Shown: positions 18,626-28,304, counted from the first letter of the stretch. The stretch: DNA of 64,000 nucleotides from Gemmatimonadales bacterium (GCA_031394125.1 JANMWS010000009.1:39754-103753); one strand, 5' to 3'. Numbers and translations: made by a program. Notes: a model not told the origin generated them from the sequence alone.

Positions 18626-20003
18626 GCGTCACTGCGCTACTCTAGCGCTTCTCCTGTCCGTGCTTCTGCCGATGGAGGCCAGGGCGCAGAGAGCCGAGTT
18701 GGAGAAGATCATTCAGCGCAAAATTCTCGCGAACGGCCTCGAGATAATTGTTGTTGAGAACCACGGCGTTCCGTTAGCAACGATCGAGATCGATGTAAAG
18801 AACGGATCGTTCACGCAATCGCCCGCGTACGAAGGGCTGGCTCACATGTACGAGCACATGTTCTTCCGCGCGAATTCGACATATCCCGACCCAAACCAAT
18901 TTTGGGACCGCGCCTCAGACCTGGGCGCAGTGTTCAATGGAACTACGGCGGAGGAACGCGTCAACTATTACATGACGGTGCCTGCGGAAAAACTGGGAGA
19001 TGGAATACACCTTCTGGCGACGGCGCTGCGTGCTCCGCTTTTTCGGCAGGACGAGCTCGAACGGGAGCGGCAGGTGGTTATCGGAGAATACGACCGAAAC
19101 GAGTCGAGCCCCTTCTTCGCGCTGTCGCGTGAGATGGATGCGAAGCTCTATCCAGGCAGCTTCAGCAGAAAAGACGTCATCGGCGACCGGCAGATCGTTC
19201 TGACGACTACGCCGGAAAAGATGCGTACGATTCAGAACAAGTACTACGTTCCGAACAATTCGGCTGTGATCGTTGCCGGTGACGTCAATCCAGTGACGGT
19301 TTTTGCGCTGGCCGAACGGGAGCTGGGCCAATGGAATCGGGGTGCCGATCCCTTCGTGGCCGACCCGATTCCCGCGATTCCGCCGATTCAGAAAAGTGAA
19401 GGGCTCATTGTCGAAGCCCCTGTTGGAGCAGTGACGGTTCAGATTCAATGGCAGGGACCAAGCGTCGGACAGGACCCGAAAGCAACCTACGCCGCAGACG
19501 TATTTTCGGATGTGCTCAATGATCCGCAGTCACAATTCCAGCAGAGGCTCGTCGATAGCGGTCTGTGGCAGGCCGTTGGAGTCAACTATTACACGTTGAA
19601 CCACACCGGCCCCATTACCATCAGCGGCCAGACATCAGCAGAACAGCTTCGCCCAGCTTTGGCGGCGCTTTACGGAGAGATCGCCAAATTCGACACGCCC
19701 GGATATTTCACATCGGACGAGCTAGAGGCGGTTAAGGCGCACCGCGCCGTGACGTCGGCATTCGACCGGGAACGGGCTTCCGGATTCGCTCACACGCTTG
19801 GCTTCTGGTGGAGCGTTGCGAGCCTCGAGTATTACATGGGATACGTTGATTACATGGCACACCAATCGTTGGACGATCTGCGCGGATACGCACGCAAATA
19901 CATCGTGGGCAAGCCGCACATCGCGGGGGTTCTGATCTCGACGAACGAGCGGCAATCCCTGAAACTCGCTCCGGGAGATCTCGTGATGGCGGGGGCACGC
20001 TAA
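18603..20003 (+). CDS. M16 family zinc peptidase (active subunit, secreted)
   Basis: Inverted zinc motif HMYEH (HxxEH) with a signal peptide. The likely start is Met 18624. Confidence 0.85.
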   Translation: MSERKGVMRHCATLALLLSVLLPMEARAQRAELEKIIQRKILANGLEIIVVENHGVPLATIEIDVKNGSFTQSPAYEGLAHMYEHMFFRANSTYPDPNQFWDRASDLGAVFNGTTAEERVNYYMTVPAEKLGDGIHLLATALRAPLFRQDELERERQVVIGEYDRNESSPFFALSREMDAKLYPGSFSRKDVIGDRQIVLTTTPEKMRTIQNKYYVPNNSAVIVAGDVNPVTVFALAERELGQWNRGADPFVADPIPAIPPIQKSEGLIVEAPVGAVTVQIQWQGPSVGQDPKATYAADVFSDVLNDPQSQFQQRLVDSGLWQAVGVNYYTLNHTGPITISGQTSAEQLRPALAALYGEIAKFDTPGYFTSDELEAVKAHRAVTSAFDRERASGFAHTLGFWWSVASLEYYMGYVDYMAHQSLDDLRGYARKYIVGKPHIAGVLISTNERQSLKLAPGDLVMAGAR

Positions 20004-21265
20004 TGCTGCTTTCGATTGCTCTCGCACTGACTGCGCTGACCACCAGCTTCGATGTCTCTGGCGTGCACGTGATTCTCCGTCAGAACAGCGCGAACAACGT
20101 GGTCGCTGCTAACCTTTATCTCCTCGGCGGCGCTCGTCAGGTCACCGAGGCCAACGCCGGGATCGAGCCAATCCTGCTCGATGTCTCAGAGCGAGGTACC
20201 CGGCAGTACCCAAAAAACGCGCTGCGTCGCGCAATGGCGAAGCTCGGAAGCGAGATCGTAATCGCCCCGAGCGCGGACTGGACGATGTTCGGCATTCGGT
20301 CGAGCACCGAGGTTTTCGATTCTACCTGGTCAATCTTCGCCGACCGAGTGATGCATCCGACGCTGGTGAAATCGGAGATAGGCGTCGTCAAAGCTCAATA
20401 CCTTTCGGGAATCAGACAGCGGCGAGACGACCCCGATGCGCTCGCTGATCTTCTCGCCGACAGCATCACGTTCATCGGGCATCCGTACGCGGTCTCGGTC
20501 GGCGGAAACGAACAGTCAATCCAGGCGATCGATTCGGCGGCGCTCCGCGATTATCAGCGTACACAGTTCGTCACATCCCGAATGCTCCTGGTCGTGGTGG
20601 GTAACATCGACCGCGCGCACATCGAGCGTCTGGTGAACAAGTCGATAGGGCAGCTTCCTCGCGGCAGTTATGGCTGGACGGCGCCACCCCGTGTTCCCGA
20701 GTCTCAAACGGCGGTTGTGATTGCGCGCCGACAGTTGCCCACCAACTACATACTTGGCTATTACAGCGGGCCCCTGGCAAAGGGAGAAGACTATCAGGCC
20801 CTCAGAGTAGCGACTTCTGTCCTGACCGGACGCATGTTCGCCGAGATTCGAACCCGCCAGAATCTCACCTACGATGTTCACGCGCCGTTTGTAGATCGGG
20901 CAGCGACGGTAGGTGGGCTCTACGTCTCCACGGTTTCGCCCGACACGACTCTCAAACTGATGCGAGCCGCTGTTGTCGATCTTCAACAGGGCATGCTCGA
21001 CCCTGCCGGGCTCAAGCAACTCGAAGAGCAATTCATTACGGAGTACTTCCTGGACAACGAGACAAACGCGGCCCAGGCTGATTTTCTTGCCCGATCGCAG
21101 TTGTACGGGGGAGATTATCGCGAGGCGGATCGGTTCGTCGACGAGCTGAAGAGCGTCACGCCCGAAGCCGTTCAGCGCGTGGCGAGGAAGTACATGAAGG
21201 GATTTCGCTTCGCGTATGTGGGCGATCCATCGAAGCTGAACCCGCGGACTATCGCCCTGTTCTAA
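20003..21265 (+). CDS. M16 family peptidase-like protein (no HxxEH, probable non-catalytic partner)
   Basis: M16 fold-like length and blocks, but the zinc motif is absent. The start overlaps the upstream stop (TAATG). Confidence 0.78.
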   Translation: MLLSIALALTALTTSFDVSGVHVILRQNSANNVVAANLYLLGGARQVTEANAGIEPILLDVSERGTRQYPKNALRRAMAKLGSEIVIAPSADWTMFGIRSSTEVFDSTWSIFADRVMHPTLVKSEIGVVKAQYLSGIRQRRDDPDALADLLADSITFIGHPYAVSVGGNEQSIQAIDSAALRDYQRTQFVTSRMLLVVVGNIDRAHIERLVNKSIGQLPRGSYGWTAPPRVPESQTAVVIARRQLPTNYILGYYSGPLAKGEDYQALRVATSVLTGRMFAEIRTRQNLTYDVHAPFVDRAATVGGLYVSTVSPDTTLKLMRAAVVDLQQGMLDPAGLKQLEEQFITEYFLDNETNAAQADFLARSQLYGGDYREADRFVDELKSVTPEAVQRVARKYMKGFRFAYVGDPSKLNPRTIALF

Positions 21266-21305
21266 CGACTCGGGTTAGCCGGGACGCAAGCAAAAAAGCT
21301 ACCGG

Positions 21306-22019
21306 CTACTCCGCGAACTCCTCGGCGACGACCCGAGGATCCATCGCACCGCCGTAGAGCGCTATACCGATTATCGCGGCGGCGACCCCGCGATCTTCGA
21401 GAGCACGAAGATCGTTGAGGCTACCGAGCCCGCCCGAAGCGAAAACCGGAAATTCTGCGGCTTCGGCGACATCTTCCATGAGTGGTAAATCCGTTCCGCA
21501 CATCGCTGCTTCGCGGTGTACCGCGGTTACCAGCACACCGGCGAGCGGCAGCCCATTGAGCTCTTCAATCAGATCGAGCACCAGCTTCGAGTGCGTGCGA
21601 GTCCAACCGTGGGAGAGGATTCTTCGGTCGCGGACATCGGCAGCGACGACAATGCATCCAGGGAAAGCCGTGCTCATGTCGATGAGCCAGTCAGGGTCTT
21701 CGAGCGCTCGCGTTCCGATCACCACGCGCTGAGCGCCGTCGCTCAGCATCTGATCAATGGACGCCTGGCTCCTGATTCCTCCCCCGACCTGAACTTCCGC
21801 ATCCGTGGCGGCCAGAATTGCTTGAATCTCCGCCGTGTTTTGCCCTCGTCCGGCGACTCGATCCAAGTCGACGACGTGGAGGTGATGGAACCCATACTGT
21901 CGCCAGGCGCGGGCGACGCCAACCGGGTCTGGGATCCGAAGTAGCTCCTTGTCGTACGAGTCGGCCGCGAGCTGGACGCAGGCCGCTTCTCTCAGGTCGA
22001 GCGCCGGAATTGCGATCAT
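21306..22019 (-). CDS. hisA: HisA/HisF-family (beta/alpha)8 barrel, HisA-like isomerase
   Basis: N-terminal IPALDL, internal VGGGIRS, C-terminal ASGGLGSLNDL phosphate-binding motif. Not flanked by other his genes. Confidence 0.75.
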   Translation of the reverse strand: MIAIPALDLREAACVQLAADSYDKELLRIPDPVGVARAWRQYGFHHLHVVDLDRVAGRGQNTAEIQAILAATDAEVQVGGGIRSQASIDQMLSDGAQRVVIGTRALEDPDWLIDMSTAFPGCIVVAADVRDRRILSHGWTRTHSKLVLDLIEELNGLPLAGVLVTAVHREAAMCGTDLPLMEDVAEAAEFPVFASGGLGSLNDLRALEDRGVAAAIIGIALYGGAMDPRVVAEEFAE

Positions 22020-22091
22020 CCGGTGCAGTTAACCCCGAGGGCACGAATCATGACTAGTGTAGGCGTAGCGAGGATTTGCGTGTCAGTGACC

Positions 22092-22109
22092 TTGTGAATA
22101 AATTCACAA
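22092..22109. promoter_or_regulatory. CRP/FNR-type binding-site candidate TTGTGAAT-AA-ATTCACAA
   Basis: Perfect 8+8 inverted repeat containing TGTGA-N6-TCACA. Centred about 74 bp upstream of the cupredoxin ATG and about 35-45 bp upstream of an extended -10 candidate TGtTATTTA (22132-22140). Confidence 0.6.
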
Positions 22110-22174
22110 TCTCTGTAGCATTGAAGTCTACTGTTATTTATGCACTATTGTACGGCTCTGGGAGGCCTTAAACG

Positions 22175-22702
22175 ATGCGGTTCCATGGATTCGCGATTGC
22201 TGTTGGAGTAATTACGCTTGGCGCTTGCGCCGGTGGAGAAAAAAAGCCTGCTGATACGACGCATGTTGCGGTGGATACGTCGACCTCGTCGGCTTCCACG
22301 ACCACTTCTATCACCACCACGACGCCTGGCGCCTCAGGGGCAGTGACCGCGGCCGCGATCACGGGCACTATTCACGAAGTGAAGATGATCGGCGATGCGA
22401 AAGGCTATCGCTTCGAGCCCGCGAATTTCACTGTCAAGGCAGGGGATGGTGCCAAGTTCGTAGTCGTTAACGGCGGCCCGCACAACGTCGCCTTCGATCC
22501 GGCAACGATCCCGGCTGGTGTCAGGGGGCAGCTCGATGCGAACATGGGTGCCGAGAAGATGGGAGAGCTCTCCAGCGCCCTGAAGACCAACCCGGGAGAG
22601 TCCGTCACTGTTTCCTTTGGGAACATCAAGCCCGGGCAGTATCCCTATCACTGCACTCCGCACCTCGCGCTTGGCATGAAGGGCGTAATTACGGTTCAGT
22701 AG
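22175..22702 (+). CDS. type 1 copper (plastocyanin/pseudoazurin-like) cupredoxin lipoprotein
   Basis: Lipobox LGAC and a Thr/Ser-rich linker. Copper ligands GGPHNVAF ... YHCTPHLALGM (H, C, H, M). RBS GGGAGG lies 9 nt upstream. Confidence 0.85.
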   Translation: MRFHGFAIAVGVITLGACAGGEKKPADTTHVAVDTSTSSASTTTSITTTTPGASGAVTAAAITGTIHEVKMIGDAKGYRFEPANFTVKAGDGAKFVVVNGGPHNVAFDPATIPAGVRGQLDANMGAEKMGELSSALKTNPGESVTVSFGNIKPGQYPYHCTPHLALGMKGVITVQ

Positions 22703-22719
22703 CTTTTCCGATGGTGAGA

Positions 22720-22751
22720 AACGGCGGGGGCGAGAGCTCTCGCCGTTTTTT
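22720..22751 (+). terminator. rho-independent terminator after the cupredoxin gene
   Basis: GC-rich hairpin (AACGGCG...CGCCGTT, or the inner GGCGAG/CTCGCC) followed by TTTTTT. Confidence 0.7.
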
Positions 22752-22885
22752 CGTCTCATTCTCAGCTTCTCGGTCGGCGCTTAGATTGCATTGTCGAATG
22801 CTAATGTGTGGGTTCCCTAGTGCCGTCCAGGCGTCAAGCCAAATCGGACTGTCGCGCTGCACCTAATTCCGTGAATCTTTGAATA

Positions 22886-24610
22886 ATGAACGTTCATAGC
22901 ATTGCGCGGATGAGTGGAGGCTCGGCCTATCTCTGGATGGCGGCGCGTGCCAGAAATGCGCTGCGCCGGGTCGTCGTCTTCGGGATTGTGGGAGGAGTCG
23001 TATTCATCGCCGCACTGATAGCATTCGTGCTCGTGCCGAGGAATGCGTCGCGAAAGGCATTGGCGGTGGCGGCAAGGATCGAGGCCAAGAACGATTCATC
23101 ACCCGCTGTGGCGGCGAGAGATCGATACCTGGCAGAGGTCACAGCAGTCGATTCAACATTGGATGCAGCACGTCGAGCAGCCAATCCTGTCCCGGCGCCG
23201 GTCATCGATACCTTTCCTCCGGCAGTGAGAGCACAGCGAGATTCGCTCGGCGCCCAGCTGGCGACGCTCAATCGGTTGATCGATCGCGCGGAGAACGCTC
23301 CCCTTCCCACCTCGTACCGGGCTCTGGCCGCGTCACCCGAAGTTGCTGCAGATCCCAGGGTGAGAATTCTTCTCGACTCGCTAGCTGGTATCGAGCGCGA
23401 TCGAAATGCTTTTGGCGCAGTAGGCACCGTCGATCCCGTGTATCTAGCCCTTACGTCGAGGGCTAATGCAATCGGTCGTTCGATACAGGCAGTTGCGGAT
23501 GCAAAGAGGGGTGAGATCAGAGGGAAACTGGCATTGATCCGGCCCACTTCCCCACCGGTAGTGAAACCCACCATCACGGTGGACACTGCAAAACTCCTCG
23601 CTCAGCGCGGGACAGCGCAGCAAAGCTACGCGGCAGCGGCGCGGCAAGTAGATCAGATCCGCAGTAGGAACTCGCGCATCGATCGTGAATCCGCGCGGGC
23701 CCGTGAGCTCTCCAACGTCGGCGCCCCACCTTGGGCGATGCTGGCCGCGGCGGTTGTGCTCGCGCTGGCGGTTGGCTTCGCTGCGTCATTCGGAACGGAG
23801 CTCAAGCGCCCGCACATTGCTGATCCCCGTGAGGCGGAGCAGGTCAGCGGAGCGCGGGTGCTGACGGTGATCCGGCCGCCCGAGGTCGTGGTAGAGCGGA
23901 GTCGGCGCCAAGCGGATGTCGAGGCACCGCCATTGATCGATGTAGTGTCCGAGAGTTATCGAACGCTGTATCTCCACATTGCGTCGGTTGAGGCAAGCGT
24001 ACCCATCGTCACGATAACGGGCGATGATCCAGGGATCGTGGCGACAGTCGCGGCTAACCTGGCGGCATCCGCTGCTTACGAAGCGAGAAGCACACTGCTC
24101 GTGGACGTCGATCCGACCACCTGCAGTGTCGCGAGCGTGTTGCGGATCAGACCGGACCCAGGCCTGTCTGGAATAATCACAGGCAGCTCAACGTGGCCTG
24201 AGGCCATTGTCCCGACCACGATTGGCCGCGATAGGCCTCTCGACGTGCTGCCGAGCGGAACTCGCCGGTCAGGCTTGCCAGAGTCCAACGTGGTCGAAGA
24301 GGTGAAGAAAGAGCTGGCTCGAATGCAGCGGCGGTACGATTTCATCATCATCGCCGCCCCCACGAGCTACGTCCAAAGGAGCGCGAGCAGCATCATACCC
24401 GCACCCGACGTGATCCTCTGCGCGAGAATCGCGCACACAACGGTTGGAGGGCTAAAAACAGCAGTGGATACACTGCGTGGCGCGGACATGCGCATTCACG
24501 GGCTCGTACTTTGGGACGCAGAAATGCCGCAACTGGAAACCCGTGAGGAAATGCTCGGGTCAACCAGCCAATCGGAGGCATTTCAGCCAGAGCTTGCCAC
24601 AGCGCGCTAG
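22886..24610 (+). CDS. polysaccharide co-polymerase / BY-kinase-like protein with degenerate Walker motifs
   Basis: TM1 (VVVFGIVGGVVFIAALIAFVLV), a long Ala/Arg-rich periplasmic coiled region and TM2 (PPWAMLAAAVVLALAVGFAA). The C-terminal P-loop-fold domain has ITGDDPGIVAT in place of Walker A, LLVDVDP (A') and DFIIIAAPT (B-like). No C-terminal Tyr cluster. Confidence 0.6.
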   Translation: MNVHSIARMSGGSAYLWMAARARNALRRVVVFGIVGGVVFIAALIAFVLVPRNASRKALAVAARIEAKNDSSPAVAARDRYLAEVTAVDSTLDAARRAANPVPAPVIDTFPPAVRAQRDSLGAQLATLNRLIDRAENAPLPTSYRALAASPEVAADPRVRILLDSLAGIERDRNAFGAVGTVDPVYLALTSRANAIGRSIQAVADAKRGEIRGKLALIRPTSPPVVKPTITVDTAKLLAQRGTAQQSYAAAARQVDQIRSRNSRIDRESARARELSNVGAPPWAMLAAAVVLALAVGFAASFGTELKRPHIADPREAEQVSGARVLTVIRPPEVVVERSRRQADVEAPPLIDVVSESYRTLYLHIASVEASVPIVTITGDDPGIVATVAANLAASAAYEARSTLLVDVDPTTCSVASVLRIRPDPGLSGIITGSSTWPEAIVPTTIGRDRPLDVLPSGTRRSGLPESNVVEEVKKELARMQRRYDFIIIAAPTSYVQRSASSIIPAPDVILCARIAHTTVGGLKTAVDTLRGADMRIHGLVLWDAEMPQLETREEMLGSTSQSEAFQPELATAR

Positions 24611-24617
24611 CCTTTAA

Positions 24618-25112
24618 ATGGCAGAAACAATTCCAGACCTAAGAGGGATCCCCAAGGCTCGAGCATACAAAGAGCTGCAGGGACACTGCGAGGCAATTCT
24701 CGACGGCATCTCCGACTCCATTGCGGCAATGGCGACGATTTCCGCGCTTGTGCATCATGCATTCGGGCATCTCTGGACAGGCTTTTATCGGGTTGTAGAG
24801 CCTGGAGCGTTGTTGCGGGTGGGACCATACCAGGGATCCCTCGGATGTCTCGACATCGCTTTCGGCCGTGGCGTTTGCGGGACCGCCGCGGCAGAAATGA
24901 GAACCGTCATTGTTCGCGATGTCGACAAGTATCCTGGCCACATAACGTGTGATGCCCGCTCGCGCTCGGAAATCGTGGTACCGGTTCTTGGGTCGCGGGG
25001 TGATCTGCTCGCCGTCCTCGACGTAGATTCCGACCAACTCGATGCATTCAATGAAGAAGATCAAGGCGGACTCGAGCAGATCGTGTCCTGGTTTGCGACC
25101 GTGAAGCAATGA
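24618..25112 (+). CDS. GAF domain protein, free methionine-(R)-sulfoxide reductase family (MsrC/YebR-like)
   Basis: 164 aa, with GVCGTAA and HITCDARSRSEIVVPV blocks characteristic of fRMsr GAF proteins. Confidence 0.82.
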   Translation: MAETIPDLRGIPKARAYKELQGHCEAILDGISDSIAAMATISALVHHAFGHLWTGFYRVVEPGALLRVGPYQGSLGCLDIAFGRGVCGTAAAEMRTVIVRDVDKYPGHITCDARSRSEIVVPVLGSRGDLLAVLDVDSDQLDAFNEEDQGGLEQIVSWFATVKQ

Positions 25113-25738
25113 CGGCCACAGGTTACTCGGACGTCATCAACCACGCGCTTGCGTTCGCGGCCAAACATCACGACCGGCAGGTGCGAAAGGGAACAAAACT
25201 TCCCTACCTCACTCATCCAGCGAACGTAGCGATAATCCTTACGCGGTACGGATGCGACAACGACACCGTCGTGGCCGGGATTCTTCACGATGTCGTCGAA
25301 GATTGCGTTCGAGATGGTTACACGCGGGAGATGCTGGAGCAACGCATCGGCGACAAGTTCGGCCCGAATGTGCTGGATGCAGTTCTCGCCATCACGTATC
25401 GAAAGAATGACGACGACGGAGTGGAGCTTTCAGGGGATGACCGTAAGGCGGACTATCTCGAACGACTGGCCACAGCCGATGATGCGGCACGCTGGGTTTG
25501 CGCTGCGGACAAGATTCACAATGCGTCGTCGATCGTCGCGGATTTGCGGAGAACGGTCGATCCGGAGACGGTCTGGAACCGGTTTGGCGGCGGAAAATCG
25601 GGGACCGCGCGCTGGTACCGGCAGGTCTACGACCGGCTTCGCGAGGTGGGGTTCGGCGCACCTATCATGACGGAGCTGGGCCAGGTTTCGAGCGAGCTTC
25701 TTGAGCTCGCTGGCGAATCAGCAGCTAGACCGCAATAG
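25109..25738 (+). CDS. HD-domain protein of the RelA/SpoT hydrolase type (small alarmone hydrolase-like)
   Basis: [18 protein letters not shown] and GILHDVVED motifs, 209 aa, no synthetase domain. ATGA overlap with the upstream gene. Confidence 0.78.
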   Translation: MTATGYSDVINHALAFAAKHHDRQVRKGTKLPYLTHPANVAIILTRYGCDNDTVVAGILHDVVEDCVRDGYTREMLEQRIGDKFGPNVLDAVLAITYRKNDDDGVELSGDDRKADYLERLATADDAARWVCAADKIHNASSIVADLRRTVDPETVWNRFGGGKSGTARWYRQVYDRLREVGFGAPIMTELGQVSSELLELAGESAARPQ

Positions 25739-27014
25739 CTGCGACTGGCTTGCCGTAAGTCTTCTCGACGTACTCGTCGAGTATCTTCAGAAATTCCGGA
25801 ACGATCGTCTCGCCCTTCAGTGTGATCCTGAGCTTGCCATCGACGTAGACCGGAGCCTTGGGGTCCTCGAAAGTCCCCGGCAGTGAGATGCCAATGTTGG
25901 CGTGCTTGGACTCGCCAGGCCCATTCACGATGCACCCCATCACCGCTACCTTCATGTCGATCACGCTTGGGTAGCGCTGCCGCCACGTCGGCATCTGCTC
26001 GCGCATGTAGGTCTGGATGTCCTCGGCCATGTGCTGGAAGAATGTCGATGTGGTGCGGCCGCACCCCGGACAGGCAGTCACCTGAGGATTGAAGTTCTGG
26101 AGCTCGAGCGACTGAAGAATCTGTTGAGCGACGTGAACCTCTTCGGTGCGATCCCCGCCAGGACGCGGTGTCAGCGAAACCCGGATCGTGTCGCCGATAC
26201 CTTCTGACAAGAGGATCGAAAGAGCCGCCGTACTGGCAACGATTCCCTTTGAGCCAAGGCCGGCCTCGGTGAGTCCAAGGTGGAGCGGGTAATCACACCG
26301 AGCGGCCAGCTGCCGGTAGACGTCGATCAAATCCTGCACTCCGGAAACCTTTGCCGAAACAATGATGCGGTCATGTCCGAGTCCGACTTCTTCGGCGATC
26401 GCGGCGGAGCGTAGGGCGCTCTGAATCATCGCCTCGATGTAGACCTCTTTTGCCGTGCGCTGGTCCGAGCTCTGGGCATTAGTGTCCATCAGCGACGTCA
26501 GAAGATCCTGATCGAGCGATCCCCAGTTGACTCCGATTCTGACGGGCTTGTCGTTATCGAGTGCGATCTGGATGATCGTCCGGAAATTCTCGTCGCGGCG
26601 TTTCCCGCCAACGTTCCCCGGATTGATTCGGTACTTTGCCAGAATTCGCGCGGTGGCGGGATATCGGGCGAGTAGCAGATGGCCGTTATAGTGAAAGTCC
26701 CCGATCACCGGGACAGAAACATCCATGTCGCCAAGGCGGCTGGCGATCTCCGGCACCGCTCGTGCGGCTTCGTCGTTGTTGACCGTTACGCGGACGAGCC
26801 TACTTCCCGCGCGCGAAAGCTCCGCTACCTGAAGAGCGGTGGCGGAAGCGTCGGCAGTGTCGGTGTTGGTCATCGACTGCACGACGATCGGATAGGCGGA
26901 CCCAATGGGTACGTCCCCTACCATCGCGGATACGGTCGGTCTTCGCGTTACAGTCGGCACATCTGCTTGCGTGTGTTGATTTTGAAAGCTAATTCCCTGG
27001 TCCGAGCGGTGCAT
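25725..27014 (-). CDS. ispG: 4-hydroxy-3-methylbut-2-en-1-yl diphosphate synthase
   Basis: Conserved IspG blocks ([15 protein letters not shown]) and [4Fe-4S] cysteines (CPGCGRT ... GCIVNGPGE). Confidence 0.93.
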   Translation of the reverse strand: MHRSDQGISFQNQHTQADVPTVTRRPTVSAMVGDVPIGSAYPIVVQSMTNTDTADASATALQVAELSRAGSRLVRVTVNNDEAARAVPEIASRLGDMDVSVPVIGDFHYNGHLLLARYPATARILAKYRINPGNVGGKRRDENFRTIIQIALDNDKPVRIGVNWGSLDQDLLTSLMDTNAQSSDQRTAKEVYIEAMIQSALRSAAIAEEVGLGHDRIIVSAKVSGVQDLIDVYRQLAARCDYPLHLGLTEAGLGSKGIVASTAALSILLSEGIGDTIRVSLTPRPGGDRTEEVHVAQQILQSLELQNFNPQVTACPGCGRTTSTFFQHMAEDIQTYMREQMPTWRQRYPSVIDMKVAVMGCIVNGPGESKHANIGISLPGTFEDPKAPVYVDGKLRITLKGETIVPEFLKILDEYVEKTYGKPVAAIAV

Positions 27015-27059
27015 GTTGGACCGTGAACATCTTCCCTTCCCGGCACTTCTGGAGCTCAG

Positions 27060-27485
27060 ATGGCTGATACCCCTGATTCATCCGACGCACCCGCTACGTC
27101 AGTTCCCGTCAAGAAGAAGCATCGCAAGGTGTTCATTATTCTCTTCTCGCTGCTTCTCATTCCCGCAGTCATCGCAGTACTATGGGTCTGGGTCTCCCTC
27201 GGCTATTCGTATTCGTCGGGGGAGCGTGCGGGGTACGTACAGAAGATTTCCAAGAAGGGGTGGGTCTGTAAGACCTGGGAAGGCGAGCTGGCGATGGCAA
27301 ACCTGCCCGGGACAATGCCGCAAATCTTCGCGTTTACGGTACGAAATGACTCGATTGCCATGGTGATCGAGCAAAATGCCGGCAAGCAGGTTTCGTTGAC
27401 TTACGACCAGCATAGGGGAGTGCCGACCACCTGCTTTGGCGAGACGGGGTATTTCGTTACGGGGGTCCACAGAACCGGGCCCTGA
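27060..27485 (+). CDS. hypothetical single-pass membrane protein
   Basis: Basic N-terminus, one TM helix ([22 protein letters not shown]) and a ~90-aa soluble domain with two Cys. No motif recognised. Confidence 0.55.
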   Translation: MADTPDSSDAPATSVPVKKKHRKVFIILFSLLLIPAVIAVLWVWVSLGYSYSSGERAGYVQKISKKGWVCKTWEGELAMANLPGTMPQIFAFTVRNDSIAMVIEQNAGKQVSLTYDQHRGVPTTCFGETGYFVTGVHRTGP

Positions 27486-27494
27486 ATCTGTCTA

Positions 27495-27523
27495 TTGTCT
27501 GCTCAGCCGGTCCTTGCTATTTT
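27495..27523 (+). promoter_or_regulatory. sigma70-like promoter candidate for cspA-type gene (TTGTCT-17-TATTTT)
   Basis: Hexamers with a 17-nt spacer. Implies a ~130-nt 5' UTR upstream of ATG 27664. Confidence 0.45.
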
Positions 27524-27663
27524 TCCGCCAAGTCGAGCTGGGAAGGGCGGGCGCAGGCCCGTGCTCCCTCTCAAAACCAGTGCGGGGTTAGTGAGACCCG
27601 CATATCAGATTGTCGAGGGTCGGGCGTCCGCCGCTCCCCAAGACACAAATTCAGGAGCAGGGA

Positions 27664-27873
27664 ATGCGTACGACCGGCAAAGTGAAGTGGTTCAACGATG
27701 CGAAGGGCTTTGGCTTTATCACACCTGACAACGGGCAGAAGGATTGCTTCGTTCACTACAGCGCGATTTCCGGCTCGGGGTTCAAGTCCCTTGCCGAAGG
27801 TGACGCGGTAGAGTTCGACATCGTCGAAGGTCAGAAGGGTCCGGCTGCAGAGAACGTGACGAAGGCTTCTTAA
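27664..27873 (+). CDS. cspA: cold-shock protein, CspA family
   Basis: [21 protein letters not shown] with RNP1/RNP2 motifs, 69 aa. RBS AGGAGCAGGGA. The track ORF is 5'-extended from 27610. Confidence 0.95.
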   Translation: MRTTGKVKWFNDAKGFGFITPDNGQKDCFVHYSAISGSGFKSLAEGDAVEFDIVEGQKGPAAENVTKAS

Positions 27874-27901
27874 GCCGCGTCGACTTCACTGGCACAATCT
27901 G

Positions 27902-27929
27902 ACGGGGCGTCTCATTCGAGGCGCCCCGT
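27902..27929. terminator. hairpin terminator (bidirectional position) after csp, overlapping the stop of the convergent gene
   Basis: 8-bp GC stem ACGGGGCG/CGCCCCGT with a 12-nt loop, followed by TTCATTT. Confidence 0.6.
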
Positions 27930-28304
27930 TTCATTTAGGGGAGGACGTCCCCTCTTCGGAACCGGGGCTATCTCGACAGCGCTCTCCAGCCTCTCCAGCA
28001 ACCTCGCTCGGAAAGATGGCAGGTCGAGGGCGAGGTTCAGCCCTTGTTGTGCGAGGTATCTGCCTTTGCTGTTCGCGAGACCCTCAGCCAGCGCGATCGC
28101 TTTTTGCGTTGGCAATCCGAGCTCCTGAATGAGCAGAACCGCCAAGCCGAGAATCAGCAGGCCTTCAACGGTCAGTCGACGAGCTATGCCCTGGCGCTCC
28201 TGTGTAACGCCGGGGACGCGGTTATGGGAGAGGGTGTTGTCCAGCCATTTTACAGAAGTCCCGAGCGCAAGTGCAGCTGTAGCAATTGTATACGCACGCG
28301 CCAT
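27912..28304 (-). CDS. small HTH-like protein (MerR/excisionase-type N-terminal helix-turn-helix), function unknown
   Basis: YTIATAALALGTSVKWLDNTL resembles a MerR-superfamily HTH. 130 aa with reasonable codon bias. Confidence 0.5.
   Translation of the reverse strand: MARAYTIATAALALGTSVKWLDNTLSHNRVPGVTQERQGIARRLTVEGLLILGLAVLLIQELGLPTQKAIALAEGLANSKGRYLAQQGLNLALDLPSFRARLLERLESAVEIAPVPKRGRPPLNETGRLE

Noticed and set aside
22800-22830. Short inverted repeat GCATT-gtcg-AATGC upstream of the PCP-like gene as an operator
   Set aside because: The arms are only 5 bp and flanking pairing fails. This is expected by chance in a 180-bp AT-richer spacer.
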